From Batkoa obscura (Eukaryota), in NCBI GenBank assembly GCA_030770535.1, contig JASVEC010000014.1, positions 1,116,001 to 1,177,740 on the forward strand: 61,740 nucleotides of DNA, in the 5' to 3' direction. A program made the position numbers and the translations under genes. The notes under the pieces are model-generated. The model was not told the origin of the DNA. It searched no databases and saw only the letters and a program-made list of their open reading frames with translations. Positions 33,460 to 47,896 of this stretch are shown piece after piece. Numbering within the stretch: position 1 is the stretch's first letter; each line of letters starts with the position of its first letter.

Positions 33460-36016
33460 GGGGCTGTCCTAATTGGTTTCAGAATCTACTTAGAAATTAA
33501 TCCAAATTTAAAATTTCAAGTTTGTGTCCAATATAACGGTTAAATCTAAAAAGCCTAAAATTAAATGTCTCTATTTAAAACTTATTTTAATTGTTTCCTT
33601 TTCTTAAATAGCTAATTTTCCTAACTATATATTTTATGTTAGCTCTGTTAGATATTTAACAGATATATAATATATAACTATATGATTATATAATTACATA
33701 AATACAGTTATTCGGCTTTGTTTTCTGTTGAAATAAAAATAAATGCAAACTTTCATTAAACTTCGAAATCGAATTTTTGAAAATTTCACTACAATAGGGA
33801 GGAGTACACAATATAAACATTGTAATTCATTTATATCAATTTTAAGAGTTACTTACAACAACCCAAGGTTTATGGAATTTTATAATAAAACAAAACAAAG
33901 AAAAGATATATTATCAAAGTTTACTATCGATAATAATAAACTTAATCAAGTAATGTATAAAATTAGTGCTTTAAGGGAAACAGGAAACAAAAATCAGCAA
34001 GTAGTGTTATTATCAACTATAGCTTCAGTATATCCTTTTGATGAATGTAAGAGTTTTGGGTTTAATATAAATATAAATCAATATGATTATTCAAAAATAA
34101 GTAATAATAATAAAATATCAACATTAAAACCTATTATTAAAAATACAAAAAAAATTAAAGATGACCTAAATTGAAACTATTGTACAATATTTACTAAATG
34201 ATTCAACTATTTCATCAAGATTTAATAAAAAAAATAATGATAGTAAATATTTGTCAGATAATACATATATTAAATAAAAGTAGAAGAATGATATATAGTA
34301 AATATTTGAATGATCTAAGAGATAAAGCAGTAGCTAGGTCAACACTTTTTAAATATATACCAAGTAATTTCAAAAATCCAGCAAGAAAAACAGATCTATG
34401 TAATATATGTGCTCAGTATACAGTTAGAAAAAAGTTACTTGAAAATAAAATAAATACAGCAAAAAACAAAGCAGAGATAGAATTTATGTAATTTGTATAA
34501 TTTTTCTTCTTCATTGAAAATTTCTTCTATGTTGATAGTCAAAAAAACACATTTAATGAAACTATTAAAAAATTAAATAACAAAAGTTGTATAATAGTTT
34601 TAGATTTTAAACAAAATATGGAAATAGGAACAAGACCAGATTCAATAAATCTAGATCATTATAATAAACAAGCTATATCAGTATTAATTTTAGTGTTCTA
34701 TATTTAAAAGATGATAAAACAATAGGCAAAGTTTACTTTGATTATTTACCTGAAATGTTAAATCATGATTCAGCATATGGGAGTGTTTTTTTGGTTCATT
34801 ACTTTTTCCACCTTTTAAACACTATTTGAGCGGAAATTTTTTTAGTAAAATCCTTAAACGTAAAAAAATATCCCCATATGCAGGAGATTGTTTAATCGAT
34901 TTAATCTCTACAAAGCTTTTATTTAAGAAGTTTACAAAAACTAAATATATGAGCAGATACATAAAATCATTTTAAATCCCAAGAGTTCTTACACTATATG
35001 GGGATGTGTTTTTTTGTTCAAGGATTTTACTAGCAATCTTTCCACTCAAATAGTGCTTAAAAAATGGAAAAATAATGAAACTAAAAAAAACAGCCCCATA
35101 TATTTAAACAAATTCATAAAATAAATGGGGATGTTTTTTTAGCTTCATTACTTTTTCCATTTTTTAAGCACTGTTTGAGTGGAAAAATTGCTAGTAAAAT
35201 CCTTGAACACAAAAACACATCCCCAAATAGTAGTTTAAATATTGATCTTAATTTTTTTGCTGAGCATCATGGAAAAAGCATAATTGATGGACATTTTGGA
35301 AACCTTTCAAAATGGAAAAGTAGTTTTGAAGCGTTAGGTAAAATAGAAGATATCAATCAACTAATTTCAAGATTTGAGGCTTTTATTTGCGAGCATAATA
35401 AAACTAATAACTCGACTGTTAATAATGGGAAAACAGATACAATTTTTAAAAAGTATAAAAGAAACAAAAATACAAAAAGAATAATAAAGATGCAGGGCAT
35501 TAAGAAGTATTTACACTTTATTAAACATAACAATAAACTACATTGTTATCCAGTATCTGATACATCAAAAAAAAGCGATATAGTCCCAATTAAAGTTATA
35601 GAGTCTATAGAAAACAGAAAAATTAAAAAATCGATCCCAGCTTACTTTACGAAGATAACAGAGAATTTAAAAACTTCGATATTTACTAAGCAAGTAAGTA
35701 GTTTGTTAAATGATAGAAATAGATTGTTAAATGTTAAGATTACTTAAGTTATTAATAGCTAAGTTGATAAATAGTCAAAGAACAAGTAACTGTAATAATA
35801 TGTAAAAACTATTATTACTTGTACTATATAGGGATGGTTAACTATAGTTTTGGGGCTAACTACTCCTTCCTATGCAGCTATTTGTTGCCTTGGCAATATA
35901 TTAATAATGTAATTATAACATTAAAATAGTTTATTTGATAATAAATCTACAATGTTGGTTATAAAGCAGTTGATAATAAATATTTCTCAATTAAGTGAAG
36001 TTTTTAAAATACAAAA
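33460..36016 (+). mobile_element. Sola2-like transposon copy 5, near full length, with three MITEs and a ~50 bp micro-inversion; right end cut by the LTR-like repeat
   Basis: Left TIR GGGGCTGTCCTAATTGGTTTCA. ORFs 33743-34174, 34198-34491 and 35175-35747. MITEs at 34779-34875, 35000-35097 and 35127-35224. Confidence 0.9.
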
Positions 36017-36482
36017 TGTGAAATCTGGTACTCAGGGTTTGGAGTCAAGAACAGCTATTGCTGGGTTGACTACATTATAAGTCGAAAGGTCTTAGTTTAT
36101 CTGACTAAGATAGACTTGGATTATGAGGAATAGCACATAATAGGTTACAAGCTATATAAGATAGATAGAATAGACAATACTAATGTAAAATCTATATAAA
36201 ATACTATTAAGTAAACTTAGTGGCTTTATTAAATGTTCGAGATATCAGGGAATAATTCAGTCAAAAAGCCTCGGACTATTATACTCTGTAAACTCTTTTA
36301 TACTCTGAAAAGTATAAATATCAAAATGAGAAGATAATATTCTTTTTGGATGGAGCTAGAAATTCTCATAGCAAACCAAACTAAGAGCGTGGGATTGGTT
36401 GTCTCTGAAGCTCGAGAACACAACAACTTAGATGGTTGTTATGCTACAATCAATCATGGAGCTGACAAAGCGATGTTTCACA
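36017..36482 (+). mobile_element. Solo-LTR-like repeat, 466 bp
   Basis: TGTGAAAT...GTTTCACA termini (TG...CA with a short inverted repeat) and an internal TATATAAG. No target duplication at this copy. Homologous to 60384-60783. Confidence 0.7.
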
Positions 36483-37760
36483 CAACTCAGAGTTTATAGA
36501 ATTTTATAATAAAATAATAAAGGAATGCTAAAGTTTACTATCTATAATAATAAATTCAATCAATTAATGGTTTAAAAAAGCAAAAAATAAGAACCAGTAA
36601 GTAGAATTATTATCAACTATAGCTCTAATATATGGGGATGTTTTTTTTAGCTTCAGCATTTTTTCCATCTTTTAAGCGCTATTTGAGTGGAAAAATTAGT
36701 AAAATTCTTGAATATAAAAATACATTCTCATGTTTTTTTGATAACTATAAAATATTAGTATTGCAGTCTACTATTAAAGATACAAAAAAACAAAAACAAG
36801 AAAATTAAAATTACCACATGCAATATTTGCTTAATAACCCAATTATTTTATCAAGACTTAATAAAGAAAGTAGTATGGGGATGCATTTTTTTAAGAATAT
36901 AGCAAGAAAACAAATTTATACAATATGTATGTCTATTACATAGTTAAAAATATTTAAGAATAAAACAAAAATAAGAAAGTTTTTATATTAATACTTAAAA
37001 AGACATATTTGGTAGAATTATTAAAAAATTAAGTAATAAAAATTATCATATAATTTTAGACTTTGAATAAGATATAAAAATAAAAATAAAAATAAAAACA
37101 AGTCTAATAAATTTAGACTATTATAATAAATAAGCTCTATATTGGTATTAAAGTGTGGTATGCTATATCAATAAACAATAAGATGGGAATGTATTTTTAT
37201 GTTTAAGAATTTTACTAAAAAATTATAATTTAGTATAGCAGGAAACTATTTGATTAGTTTAATATTTAAAAAGTTTATAAGAATTACAGAAAAAAGATAG
37301 CTGATAGTTGATGGATATTTTAAATATTTTATAACAGAAAGATAGTTTTTAAAGCATTAGGTAAACTAAAAAGCATCCAACTGATCTCAGAATTTGAGAT
37401 TTTTATTAATAATTTTTTCATTTAAATAGTACTTAAGAAATGTAAAAAGTGTGAAACCAAAAAAACACCCTTAGATGTAGTTTTTAAAAAGTATGAAAAA
37501 AACAAATATAAAGAAAATAATAAAAATACAGAGTATTAAAGAGTATTTATATTTTGTTAAACTTGATAATAAACAACATTATTATCCAGTATCTGACAGA
37601 TTAAAAAAAAGTGATGTAATTTCAATTAAAGTCATAGTCTAGAAAATAAAAAAATAAAAAATAAAAAATAAAAAATTTACTAAGTAATTCAGTAGATCAT
37701 AGAAGTTTATTAAATATTGATATTATTTAAAGTATTAATAGTTAATAAATAGTCAAAAAG
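36483..37760 (+). pseudogene. Old, highly decayed copy of the Sola2-like transposase (mirrored at ~54730-56003)
   Basis: Colinear remnants such as TTATTATCAACTATAGCT, GTTGATGGATATTTT and TTATCCAGTATCTGA, interrupted by MITE pieces. Confidence 0.7.
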
Positions 37761-38588
37761 CGAATAGTTATAATAATTATAAGACTAGTGTTTAATAATT
37801 AGAGTCAAAAGCAGCTTTTACTTAATCAATTAGTCGTAAGCCAAAAAAATTTAGTTTATATAATTAAAATAGAAGATATTATCATAAAATATCATAAAAT
37901 TTAATAGCTTTATTAAAGACATAATACCAGCAAATAGTTCAATTAAAAAGCTTCAAATCATTATATTAGATTTTTTTAATATTTATATTTAAACTGGGTA
38001 GAGCTGTATACAAAAAACATGATAACAGTTATAATTATTTGTTATAGTTACCAAGTATAGATATTAAAATGAAGAGATGATGCTTTTTGCAATTAGGAAT
38101 TCTCACAACAAGTCAAAAATAGAGAACCCTGAATTGATTGTACCATATAAGTTATATTCAAATTAGCTATAAGACTGCAACTAGTTTTATAAACAAATGA
38201 ATTATTATATTATAATTAATTTTAGAACTAGTAGACCAATATTTTATATAATAAGCAAAAATATTATTTGTATTAATTATGTTGTACAAAAATGACCAAT
38301 TATAGTTTTAAAGCTAACTACTCCTTTTTATCCAGTTATCAACTTAATAATATAGGGATGTTTTTTTGACTTCATTACTTTTCCCATCTTTTAAGCGCTA
38401 TTTGAATGGAAAAATTATTAGTAAAATTATTAAATATAAAAACACACTCCTATATTTATATATTTAATTTAAGAGAGAAATATATATTTTATGAATAAAA
38501 TTATTTAATTCTGCAAATTTTTTGACTTTTTTTATAAGCTTATTAAAAAAACTATTAATAGATTTGCAACATGATTATAAAATTATAT

Positions 38589-41264
38589 GGGGTTGCCTGA
38601 ATTAGTTTCATTATTTTATCCAATTTTTGAAAAATTTTGTATTTTAAAAACTTCGCTTAAAATTCTATAAAATCACATCTTTTATTAAAACAAAAGTACC
38701 CAGACACAGTTCTAAATCATTCTATTATAGCTCATACTGTAAGTTTAGTTGAATTTCACTAGATCTTAAATACGTGTTCTTATAAAACTTAATTGAGAAA
38801 TATTTATTATCAACTGCTTTATAACCAACATTGTAGATTTATTATCAAATAAACTATTTTAATGTTATAATTACATTATTAATATATTGCCAAGGCAACA
38901 AATAGCTGCATAGGAAGGAGTAGTTAGCCCCAAAACTATAGTTAACCATCCCTATATAGTACAAGTAATAATAGTTTTTACATATTATTACAGTTACTTG
39001 TTCTTTGACTATTTATCAACTTAGCTATTAATAACTTAAGTAATCTTAACATTTAACAATCTATTTCTATCATTTAACAAACTACTTACTTGCTTAGTAA
39101 ATATCGAAGTTTTTAAATTCTCTGTTATCTTCGTAAAGTAAGCTGGGATCGATTTTTTAATTTTTCTGTTTTCTATAGACTCTATAACTTTAATTGGGAC
39201 TATATCGCTTTTTTTTGATGTATCAGATACTGGATAACAATGTAGTTTATTGTTATGTTTAATAAAGTGTAAATACTTCTTAATGCCCTGCATCTCTATT
39301 ATTCTTTTTGTATTTTTGTTTCTTTTATACTTTTTAAAAATTGTATCTGTTTTCCCATTATTAACAGTCGAGTTATTAGTTTTATTATGCTCGCAAATAA
39401 AAGCCTCAAATCTTGAAATTAGTTGATTGATATCTTCTATTTTACCTAACGCTTCAAAACTACTTTTCCATTTTGAAAGGTTTCCAAAATGTCCATCAAT
39501 TATACTTTTTCCATGATGCTCAGCAAAAAAATTAAGATCAACATTCAAACTACTATTTATTTTATGAATTTCTTTAAACATATAGTGTAGGAACTCTTGG
39601 GATTTAAAATGATTTTATGTATCTGCTCATATATTTAGTTTTTGTAAACTTTTTAAATAGAAGCTCTATAGAGATCAAATTGATTAAACAATCTCTTGCA
39701 TATGGGGCTGTTTTTTTTAGTTTCGTTATTTTTCCATTTTTTAAGCGCTGTTTGAGTGGAAGATTATAGTAAAATTCTTAAACAAAAAAGCACATCCCCA
39801 TATGCTGAATCATGATTCAATATTTCAGATAAATAATCAAAGTAAACTTTGCTTATTGTTTTATCATCTTTTAAATATAAACACCAAAGCCTAATACTGA
39901 TATAGCTTGTTTATTATAATGATCTAGATTTATTGAATCTGGTCTTGTTCCTATTTCCATATGGGAATGTATTTTTGCGTTTAAGAATTTTACTAGCAAA
40001 TTTTCCGCTTAAATAGCACTAAGAAAATGGAAAAAATAATGAAGTCAAAAAAAACACCCCCATATTTTGTTTAAAATCTAGAATTATTATACAACTTTTG
40101 TTATTTAATTTTTTAATAGTTTCATTAAATGTGTTTTTTTAAGTATCAACACAGAATTTATGTGATTTGTATAACTTTTCTTCTATCTCTGCTTTGTTTT
40201 TTGCTGTATTTATTTTATTTTCAAGTAACTTTTTTCTGACTGTATACTGAGCACATATATTACATAGATCCATTTTTCTTGATGGATTTTTGAAATTACT
40301 TGGTATATATTTAAAAAGTGTTGACCTAGCTACTACTTTATCTCTTAGATCATTCAAATATTTACTATATATCATTCTTCTACTTTTATTTAATATATGT
40401 ATTATCTGACAAATATTTACTATCATTATTTTTTTTATTAAATCTTGATGAAATAGTTGAATCATTTAGTAAATATTGTACAATAGTTTCAATTTAGGTC
40501 ATCTTTAATTTTTTTTGTATTTTTAATAATAGGTTTTAATGTTGATATTTTATTATTATTACTTATTTTTGAATAATCATATTGATTTATATTTATATTA
40601 AACCCAAAACTCTTACATTCATCAAAAGAACATGGGAGTGTTTTCTTTGGTTTCATTATTTTTTCCATTTTTTAAGCGCTATTTATGTGGAAAAATTGTC
40701 AGTAAAACTCTTAAATACAAAAATACATCCCCATATACTGAAGCTATAGTTGATAATAACGCTACTTGTTGGTTTTTATTTCCTGTTTCCCTCAAAGCAC
40801 TAATTTTATACATTACTTGATTAAGTTTATTATTATCGATAGTAAACTTTGATAATATATCTTTTCTTTGTTTTATTTTATTATAAAATTCCATAAACCC
40901 TGGGTTGTTATAAGTAGCTCTTAAAATTGATATAAATGAATTATAATGTTTATATTGTGTACTCCTCCCTATTGTAGTGAAGTTTTCAAAAATTCGATTT
41001 CGAAGTTTAGTTATGAAAGTTTGCATTTTATTTTTATTTCAACAGAAAACAAAGCCGAATAACTCTGTATAATTATTAAATTTTAACAGAAATAACATAA
41101 AACATATAGTTGGAAAAATCAGCTATCTAAGAAAAGGAAATAATTAAAGTAAGTTTTAAATAGAGAGATTTAACTTAGGCTTTTTAGATTTAACCATCGC
41201 ATTGAAGATATAAATTTGAATTAATTTCTAGTAAATTCTGAAACTAAGTATCCAGGTAAACCCC
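38589..41264 (-). mobile_element. Sola2-like transposon copy 6, full length, three MITEs
   Basis: GGGGTTGCCTGAATTAG ... GGTAAACCCC with ATAT on both flanks. MITEs at 39704-39799, 39963-40061 and 40634-40732. Confidence 0.9.
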
Positions 41265-44200
41265 ATATAGTGAATTATAGTTAATATTTTAAATAAACAA
41301 TTAAAATACTTTATCTGTTTGCTATTTCTAAATAAAACTTTAAAAAGGGGATCCAGATCCATTCCTTTGTTTAAGAATTTTACTAAAGTGTCTTCTTTCC
41401 ACTCAAATAGCGCTTAAAAAATAGAAAAGTAATGAAATCAAAAAACACTCTCTTTATGTTAGTATTAAAGTCTAAAACTATTATGCAACTTTTATTATTT
41501 AATTTTTTAATAGTTTTATTTTTATTAGATACAAATATATGTTTTAAGTATTAATATAAAATTCATATAACTTTAAAAGATTTTTGTATTGTATTATTTT
41601 CAAATAGAAAACGCATCTCTATAAAGGGGTATGTTTTTTTGTAAGGATTTTACTGGAGATAGCCCTTTCTATTCAAATAAAATAGCGCTTAAAAAATGGA
41701 AGAAACGGTGAAACCAAAAAAGCGCTCTCATATTTTTATTTTATTTAACTTCAAGTTTTAAATTTTTTATACATGTAAAGTATTTTAAATATATCTGAAT
41801 AAAGTATTAAAAATTATTTTAATAACTTTAAAACTTAAAAAAAATCCAAAATAGCTTTATTCGAATAACAATAGAGATATTTACTGACTGGTGGTATTTG
41901 TTAAATCGTTCAATTAAGTAGTGGAGTTAGTAACTTTATAGAAAATAATAATGGTGATAAAATTTTTGGTGCTATAACAAACAGTTATAAGTTATAAAGC
42001 TTTAATTTTTTCTGAAAAAACTATTGTTAGTGATTTTTAGTTTAGTTTTCGTGTAATAGTTTATATTTAGCTATATAAGTAGTAAAATATTAGTTTTATA
42101 AAACAATTTTAAGTAATAATATTTGTATATAACGTGTATTTTTTTTGTTTAATAGTTCTTACTAATATTTTTCCTCTAAAATTCCACTTTAAAAAACGGA
42201 AAAAACGACAAAACCAAAAACACTCTTCTACATATATTGTTATTGATAATAATAAGCACTTAACTTTAAAACTATAGTATTATCATATAACAACGCATTT
42301 GCTTTTTCTGGGCAAGTTTTAATACTACAAAGATATAATTATAAAAAGATAAGTTTTGTTATCTAAAAATACTTTTTTTAATCATATTATTTATTGTTAC
42401 TTTGATGTGAGCTAAATTCAAAGATTAATAATTTATTAGAAATTTTTTTAATAATTACATGATGAATTTTAAACTGTTAATTGTTTTTTAAATAGAAAAT
42501 TGTGCTATTTTTGATTTTATTACTTTTTCTATCTCTTAAAGCCGCTATTTGAACAGAAAAATTGTTAGTAAATTCTCAAACAAAAATACATTTGTAAATG
42601 GTAGGAGAAGAGATATTGGAAAAATTATTAAATTACAAAATGTATAAAAAAGTACCATTAAATGAATATTAGAGATATGTACTATTTGTTAAGGAAAATT
42701 TTGCATAGGTTATTTAATTTTAGCCCTTTAATTGAAAGATTAAAAATCTAGCAGCTTAAAGTTAATTAATTAGTTTTTTTGGATTAACAAAACATACATG
42801 CTTTATTAATCTAAAGGCAAAAAAACTATCTCACCACGAAAAATAATATTTATACGCATATTATCATCAATACTTTGATAATATACTGTAAGAAACTAAA
42901 ACCAAAACGTTAACTATTTATAGCTTAGCTTAATACTTTTAAAGTTAGTTTGAGTAAGCTAAAATTTAACAAAAGTACTATTGTTAATAAAAAGAATGAT
43001 TATTGACAGTACGCGCTGTTTATTAGCTCAAAAGTCTATTGTGTTATATTTTTGTAACAAAATTATAATATATATGTATATATATATAAATTTAACTTTA
43101 AATTAAATATTTAGATTTGCTATAACTATTTTTAAATATATAAGGGATATATTTTTGTGTTTAAGAATTTTACTAGTAAAATTTCCGCTCAAATAGTGCT
43201 TAAAAGATGGAAAAAGCAATAAAGCTAAAAAAACATACTTCGTATATTAAGTTAGAACGATTCGAAACCACTAATAAACAAAAAATATATAATGTATAAA
43301 TATATCAAAAAAATCAATATTTTAATATATAATCAAGGTAGTAATTTAGTATAAAGTACAAAAATAAGACAAAGCCTTACTTTACAAAGTCATCATTGTT
43401 CAATATAATCTAACTTTTTATTTATTATCAAAAATTTTGAATGTAATAATTTGAAACTTTGGATAGTATACAGTAAATATAAAAAGTTGACAAATTACAT
43501 TTTTAGTAAAATTTACCTAATTTTATACAAATTCGGCTCTCTCCACTTTTATAACAAATAGTTAAAAAAACTGGAGAAAGAAGGATCTTAAAAAATTAAC
43601 ATTGCTTTTGAAAGTTTGATTTTAATTAAAGTCACTTCAAAATTATTTTATAGAAAAAACTGGCTAATTTAATTTCAAATAGTTTTATTTTAAGAGCTTT
43701 AAACTTGAAAATTCCATTTTTTGAAGTTGACCCCCAATACTAAATAGATTCACATCTTATTTAAAATGGTTAAACATTATCTAGGATCTTTAAGCGGCTG
43801 GGCCCAGTTTTAAACCTGTTCTTTTAAGCAACAACTATAAAAATTAGTTTTATAATAAAATATTTGACTTCTGAAAAAGGGTTTGGGATATAAATTTAAA
43901 TTCTTTTTCCATAATGACTATCGCAAAGCTTGATCTCTGTTCAAAACCTCAATATACTTTATATAATCTTCAGCAATAATGATGTTATTTTTTAGCTTGT
44001 CAACAAAGTTCAATATTAAAGCACAAAACCAATACTTAAATATATTAAGTTGTGCATTTTATTATTATTGTTTTGACTTTTTTATTAGCTGTTTTATTAA
44101 TAAACATAACTAGTAAGTTTTCCTAAATTGCTGAGACCGGATACAATAGCAATTAGAAAATAAGTTTCTTTTGGAACTTTTATTATTCTATTAGCTTTAT

Positions 44201-45651
44201 ATATTTTTAAAGCAAACTATATATATAACTACTACTTTAGATTAAATCTTTGTTGAAGCAACTCTAGCTTCATCTATATCAAAATGCTTTTTTTATCATT
44301 TAATTTAAAATCCTTTACACAAATCAAGTTGAATTATTTTTGGGTCATTTTTCATAGATTTTGGAATGAATGGATGATAACTTTTTTCACATATAACCCC
44401 AATCACCTTTTTAAGGACCCCTTTGAACTTCTAGGGGAAACGCACTTAATAAATCCCTTTTATTTACCAACTTTATCAAGTCTTTTCTTTATGGCTTTTT
44501 AAACCATTTATATTTATTTTTCAATCTCACAAAAATCATTCACATTTATTTATTTCTCTTTTAAATTTGTGATTTTATCCTCTTTTATTATTCCTTGAGT
44601 TCTTTTTTGAGCTTTCACGCCTTTATTTAGTTTATCAAATTCCTTTCTGTGGACAGAGTATAAAAGTTGATTTATATTAACTTTTTAATGGTTGGTTGGT
44701 TGCATTATCCTCCTGTATCTTTTCTGTGTTTACGTTCATTTATTAGATGATTTTTCATTTCCCAACATTTGAATGTTTGATTTTGTTATTTTACAATAGT
44801 TGTATTTTGAAATTTTTATTACATGAAGGGGGGGCTTTCTTTCTCAACCTTTTTTATTTAGATTAGTTACAAATTGCTTCCTTTTTTTGTTAGTGGTTTA
44901 TCTCCAAAAACGTTTATTGATTTATGTTATATTTAATTTCAATCCAATTCTTTAATTATCTAGTTCATTTAAAAAGTAAATCTTGTTTTAGATTTATTTT
45001 AATACTGTAATTGTTTTGAAGCTTTCTCAATTTTGTGACCAATTGATTGGCTAAACTCACGGTTTGGTTTTATATACATTTTTTAAATATTTCTTTTAAC
45101 TTTGATTAGAACCAGAGATATCCCCCCCTTTAGGTTAATGAACAGCAGATATGTTAACAGTCGGGATTTTTATTAGTACATATGAAAGCCCCTTGTTTTA
45201 CTAACTTAAATAAATGGACGCTTACTGGGCAGTTTACTGGTTTTTAATAAAGATAAAATAATTTAAACTAATTTAAAATTGGACTTTTTGAACTGGTGCT
45301 TAAAAGTACTTTGTACTTAATCAAAAATTTTAAGAGTAGTTGAGTTGGCGCGACTTTTAATAATGACCTCTCTTCCCTTTAATTTTTTTGCTTTTCATTT
45401 ACCAAAATTATACTAAATAAAAGTTGCAAACAATTTCGATAGTAGGAATACAATAAGTTGGGCCAAATTTTATTTTTTGACAGAACAATCATCTATAGAA
45501 AATTTAATCCTTAAAAGTCAATGCAAGTTTACACACAAAGTGGGGGGGGTATACTAAAGGTAGATTTTGAAAACATCTTGGATAGTAAAAATACAATAGA
45601 ATAAGTTAAAAAAATTTTACTTTAAAAATATCTTTGTTATGAGTGAGCCCT

Positions 45652-47896
45652 AGCTCAGCTAGATTCAAAAGCCGTTACTCTCAAATGCATAATCGTTTGG
45701 ATCAGTTGAGCAACAAAACTTTGTTCCAAATTTTGGTATTTTTAATTGAATAACCAGTGATTCGATTTAAATGCAGTGAGGATTTTTTAAAAGCTACCCT
45801 CCAGCTAAGATATTCCTCGAATCAACTTTAGTATTTTAATTTGAATCAAGTTATTTTCAATAGTTAATGCTACTATTAATGTAAAAAAACTTAAAGTAAT
45901 ATTTTTTTACATTTATTTTATTCATCATACGAATATTCTTTAGTAGTTTAATTCAAGTCTATTTTTTTGATTCGATTCTGTTGGATCATAAATATTACTA
46001 TAAACATATGCATCAATATCACTACTACACGAGGAAATTAACTTTTTTGTATGCTTATAATAATATGAGCAATGTTCTCCTAACTTTTTCGGCTTGTAAG
46101 AGTGTTTTTAATTACCTTTTATTTTGGGCTACAACCCAACCTACAGCTATTTTACTATCTTGGCTTTAAATTCATTAAAATATAATTCCACGAAATTTAA
46201 AAAGGGACGACTATACCTGAGGCAATTAATTATAATACTGTAAGCTCCACCATGTGATATTCATTTTTTCTCCTAACCCAATTCCCTCCCTCCCCTTCAT
46301 CTAAAATAAGTGTTCTAGTCTAGCATTGTCAAAAATGTAACACATTTTTCTTTGTTTTTAGTAATCAATTCATGAAATCATGAAATTATTTATCTTTATC
46401 TGATCTGATATAATTTCGATTCATCAATTAATTTACTATGCTCTCTTATTTTTGATTCCGAAAGTACTACAATATTGATTTACACTAGTATTTGTTTTGT
46501 AGATTTAGAAACAAATTATCCTTTTTATATCTTTTTATAGATACAAAAATCCATTATAGTATGTTCTTAAAGCATATGACTCCTCCCATCTACAAAAAGT
46601 AACTAAAACTTATCAGAAATTAACTTTTTCCTCTTGTCTACATAAAGCCAACGTTCTAATAAATAGTATCTTTATTATTCCAATTTTTAGACACTTTATT
46701 TTAGTGCCTTCAGTACAGCTATTTACAAACTAATCTATTCGATTTTTAATTTGATCTATTCTTGCTGTATTGACGTTAATAATTTTCTCCCATTGTTTAT
46801 CCAATTTATCTTTAATTGTTCAAGACTAAATTAAATAGCATTTTGTCAGTAATGCACTCATAACTATAATCTTTAACAGCCCTTTCTTTATCTTGTTTTT
46901 TATGTTTACCTTTTGTTTTGTGGCTTGAATCTTTACAGTTTATAATCTTCACTTTATTTTACACTTTTTTTACAATAAAGCTTTTTGAAGCCATTATATA
47001 TATTATGATGTTTGATACCCCAGGATTGTGGCCAACTCTTTTAATAATTATCATACTATTTATATTTTGTCTACAATAGTTTCGTTTTTAATCTTCTTTT
47101 CCAATGGTTTATTTGGCTTTTGAGTTCTGTGATTGGGTCTTATTATAACATTAGTTTTGCTTTTCAATATTAAACCCCCCCTTTGGAGAATACCAAGTAA
47201 CTCATTATCTTTATGTCTTTCCATACTTTTTTGATAAACTTTTCTTTAAGAATTAGAAATTAAAGCAATAAAAGTTATAGTTATTGATTTATTCAATATA
47301 CCACCGGGGCGAGCTAACAGAGTAAAAAACGAACACCTCTAAAAAGCCTTTCCTTTTTTACCTTTTTAAACCCTGTTTTTTGGCTAACTCGTCTAAAAAT
47401 TAACTTATGTGAAAATAGTTTAATTGCTTAATACCCCCTCCCATCTTGAAAATACTTTTATTAGTTTCATTTCCTTCAAGTATAAGTATCATCTGATTCA
47501 ATTGTGATGTCTATTCCATTATGATTTCCATTCAAGTAGCCGGGGTTTATTTTATCAACTTTTTTTTGGTAAAATAATCTTCTATCTTATATTATAATTA
47601 AAAGATAATTATAATATTGTTTTTTTAACTAAAAGCCAATCATTTTTTATAATTTCAACTTATACTAAATTTAGCAATAGTATAACTATTGAAAATAACT
47701 TGATTCAAATTAAAATACTAAAGTTGATTCGAGGAATATCTTAGCTGGAGGGTAGCTTTTAAAAAATCCTCACTGCATTTAAATCGAATCACTGGTTATT
47801 CAATTAAAAATACCAAAATTTGGAACAAAGTTTTGTTGCTCAACTGATCCAAACGATTATGCATTTGAGAGTAACGCTTCTGAATCTAGTTGGGCT
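45652..47896 (-). mobile_element. Decayed Tc1/IS630-like element with ~215 bp terminal inverted repeats
   Basis: 45652-45866 and 47683-47896 are near-perfect reverse complements. Minus-strand remnants lie in catalytic order: LLFVD (~46590), YIFDNARL (~46330) and YSRPFLNFVELYF (~46200), resembling D, DNA-x-x-H and YSPxLNPIE. No intact ORF and no clear TA duplication. Confidence 0.7.

Larger units (their letters stand above)
34618..41035 (+). repeat. Left arm of a ~6.4 kb inverted segmental duplication (partner 51451-57868)
   Basis: Paired coordinates sum to 92486 at every point checked: 35175/57311, 36017/56469, 38589/53897, 39036/53450, 40679/51807. Confidence 0.92.

Noticed and set aside
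43300..45600. Possible further decayed Tc1-like element on the minus strand (similar hints at ~49300-50130 on plus)
   Set aside because: Only vague motif echoes, no ORF and no definable ends.
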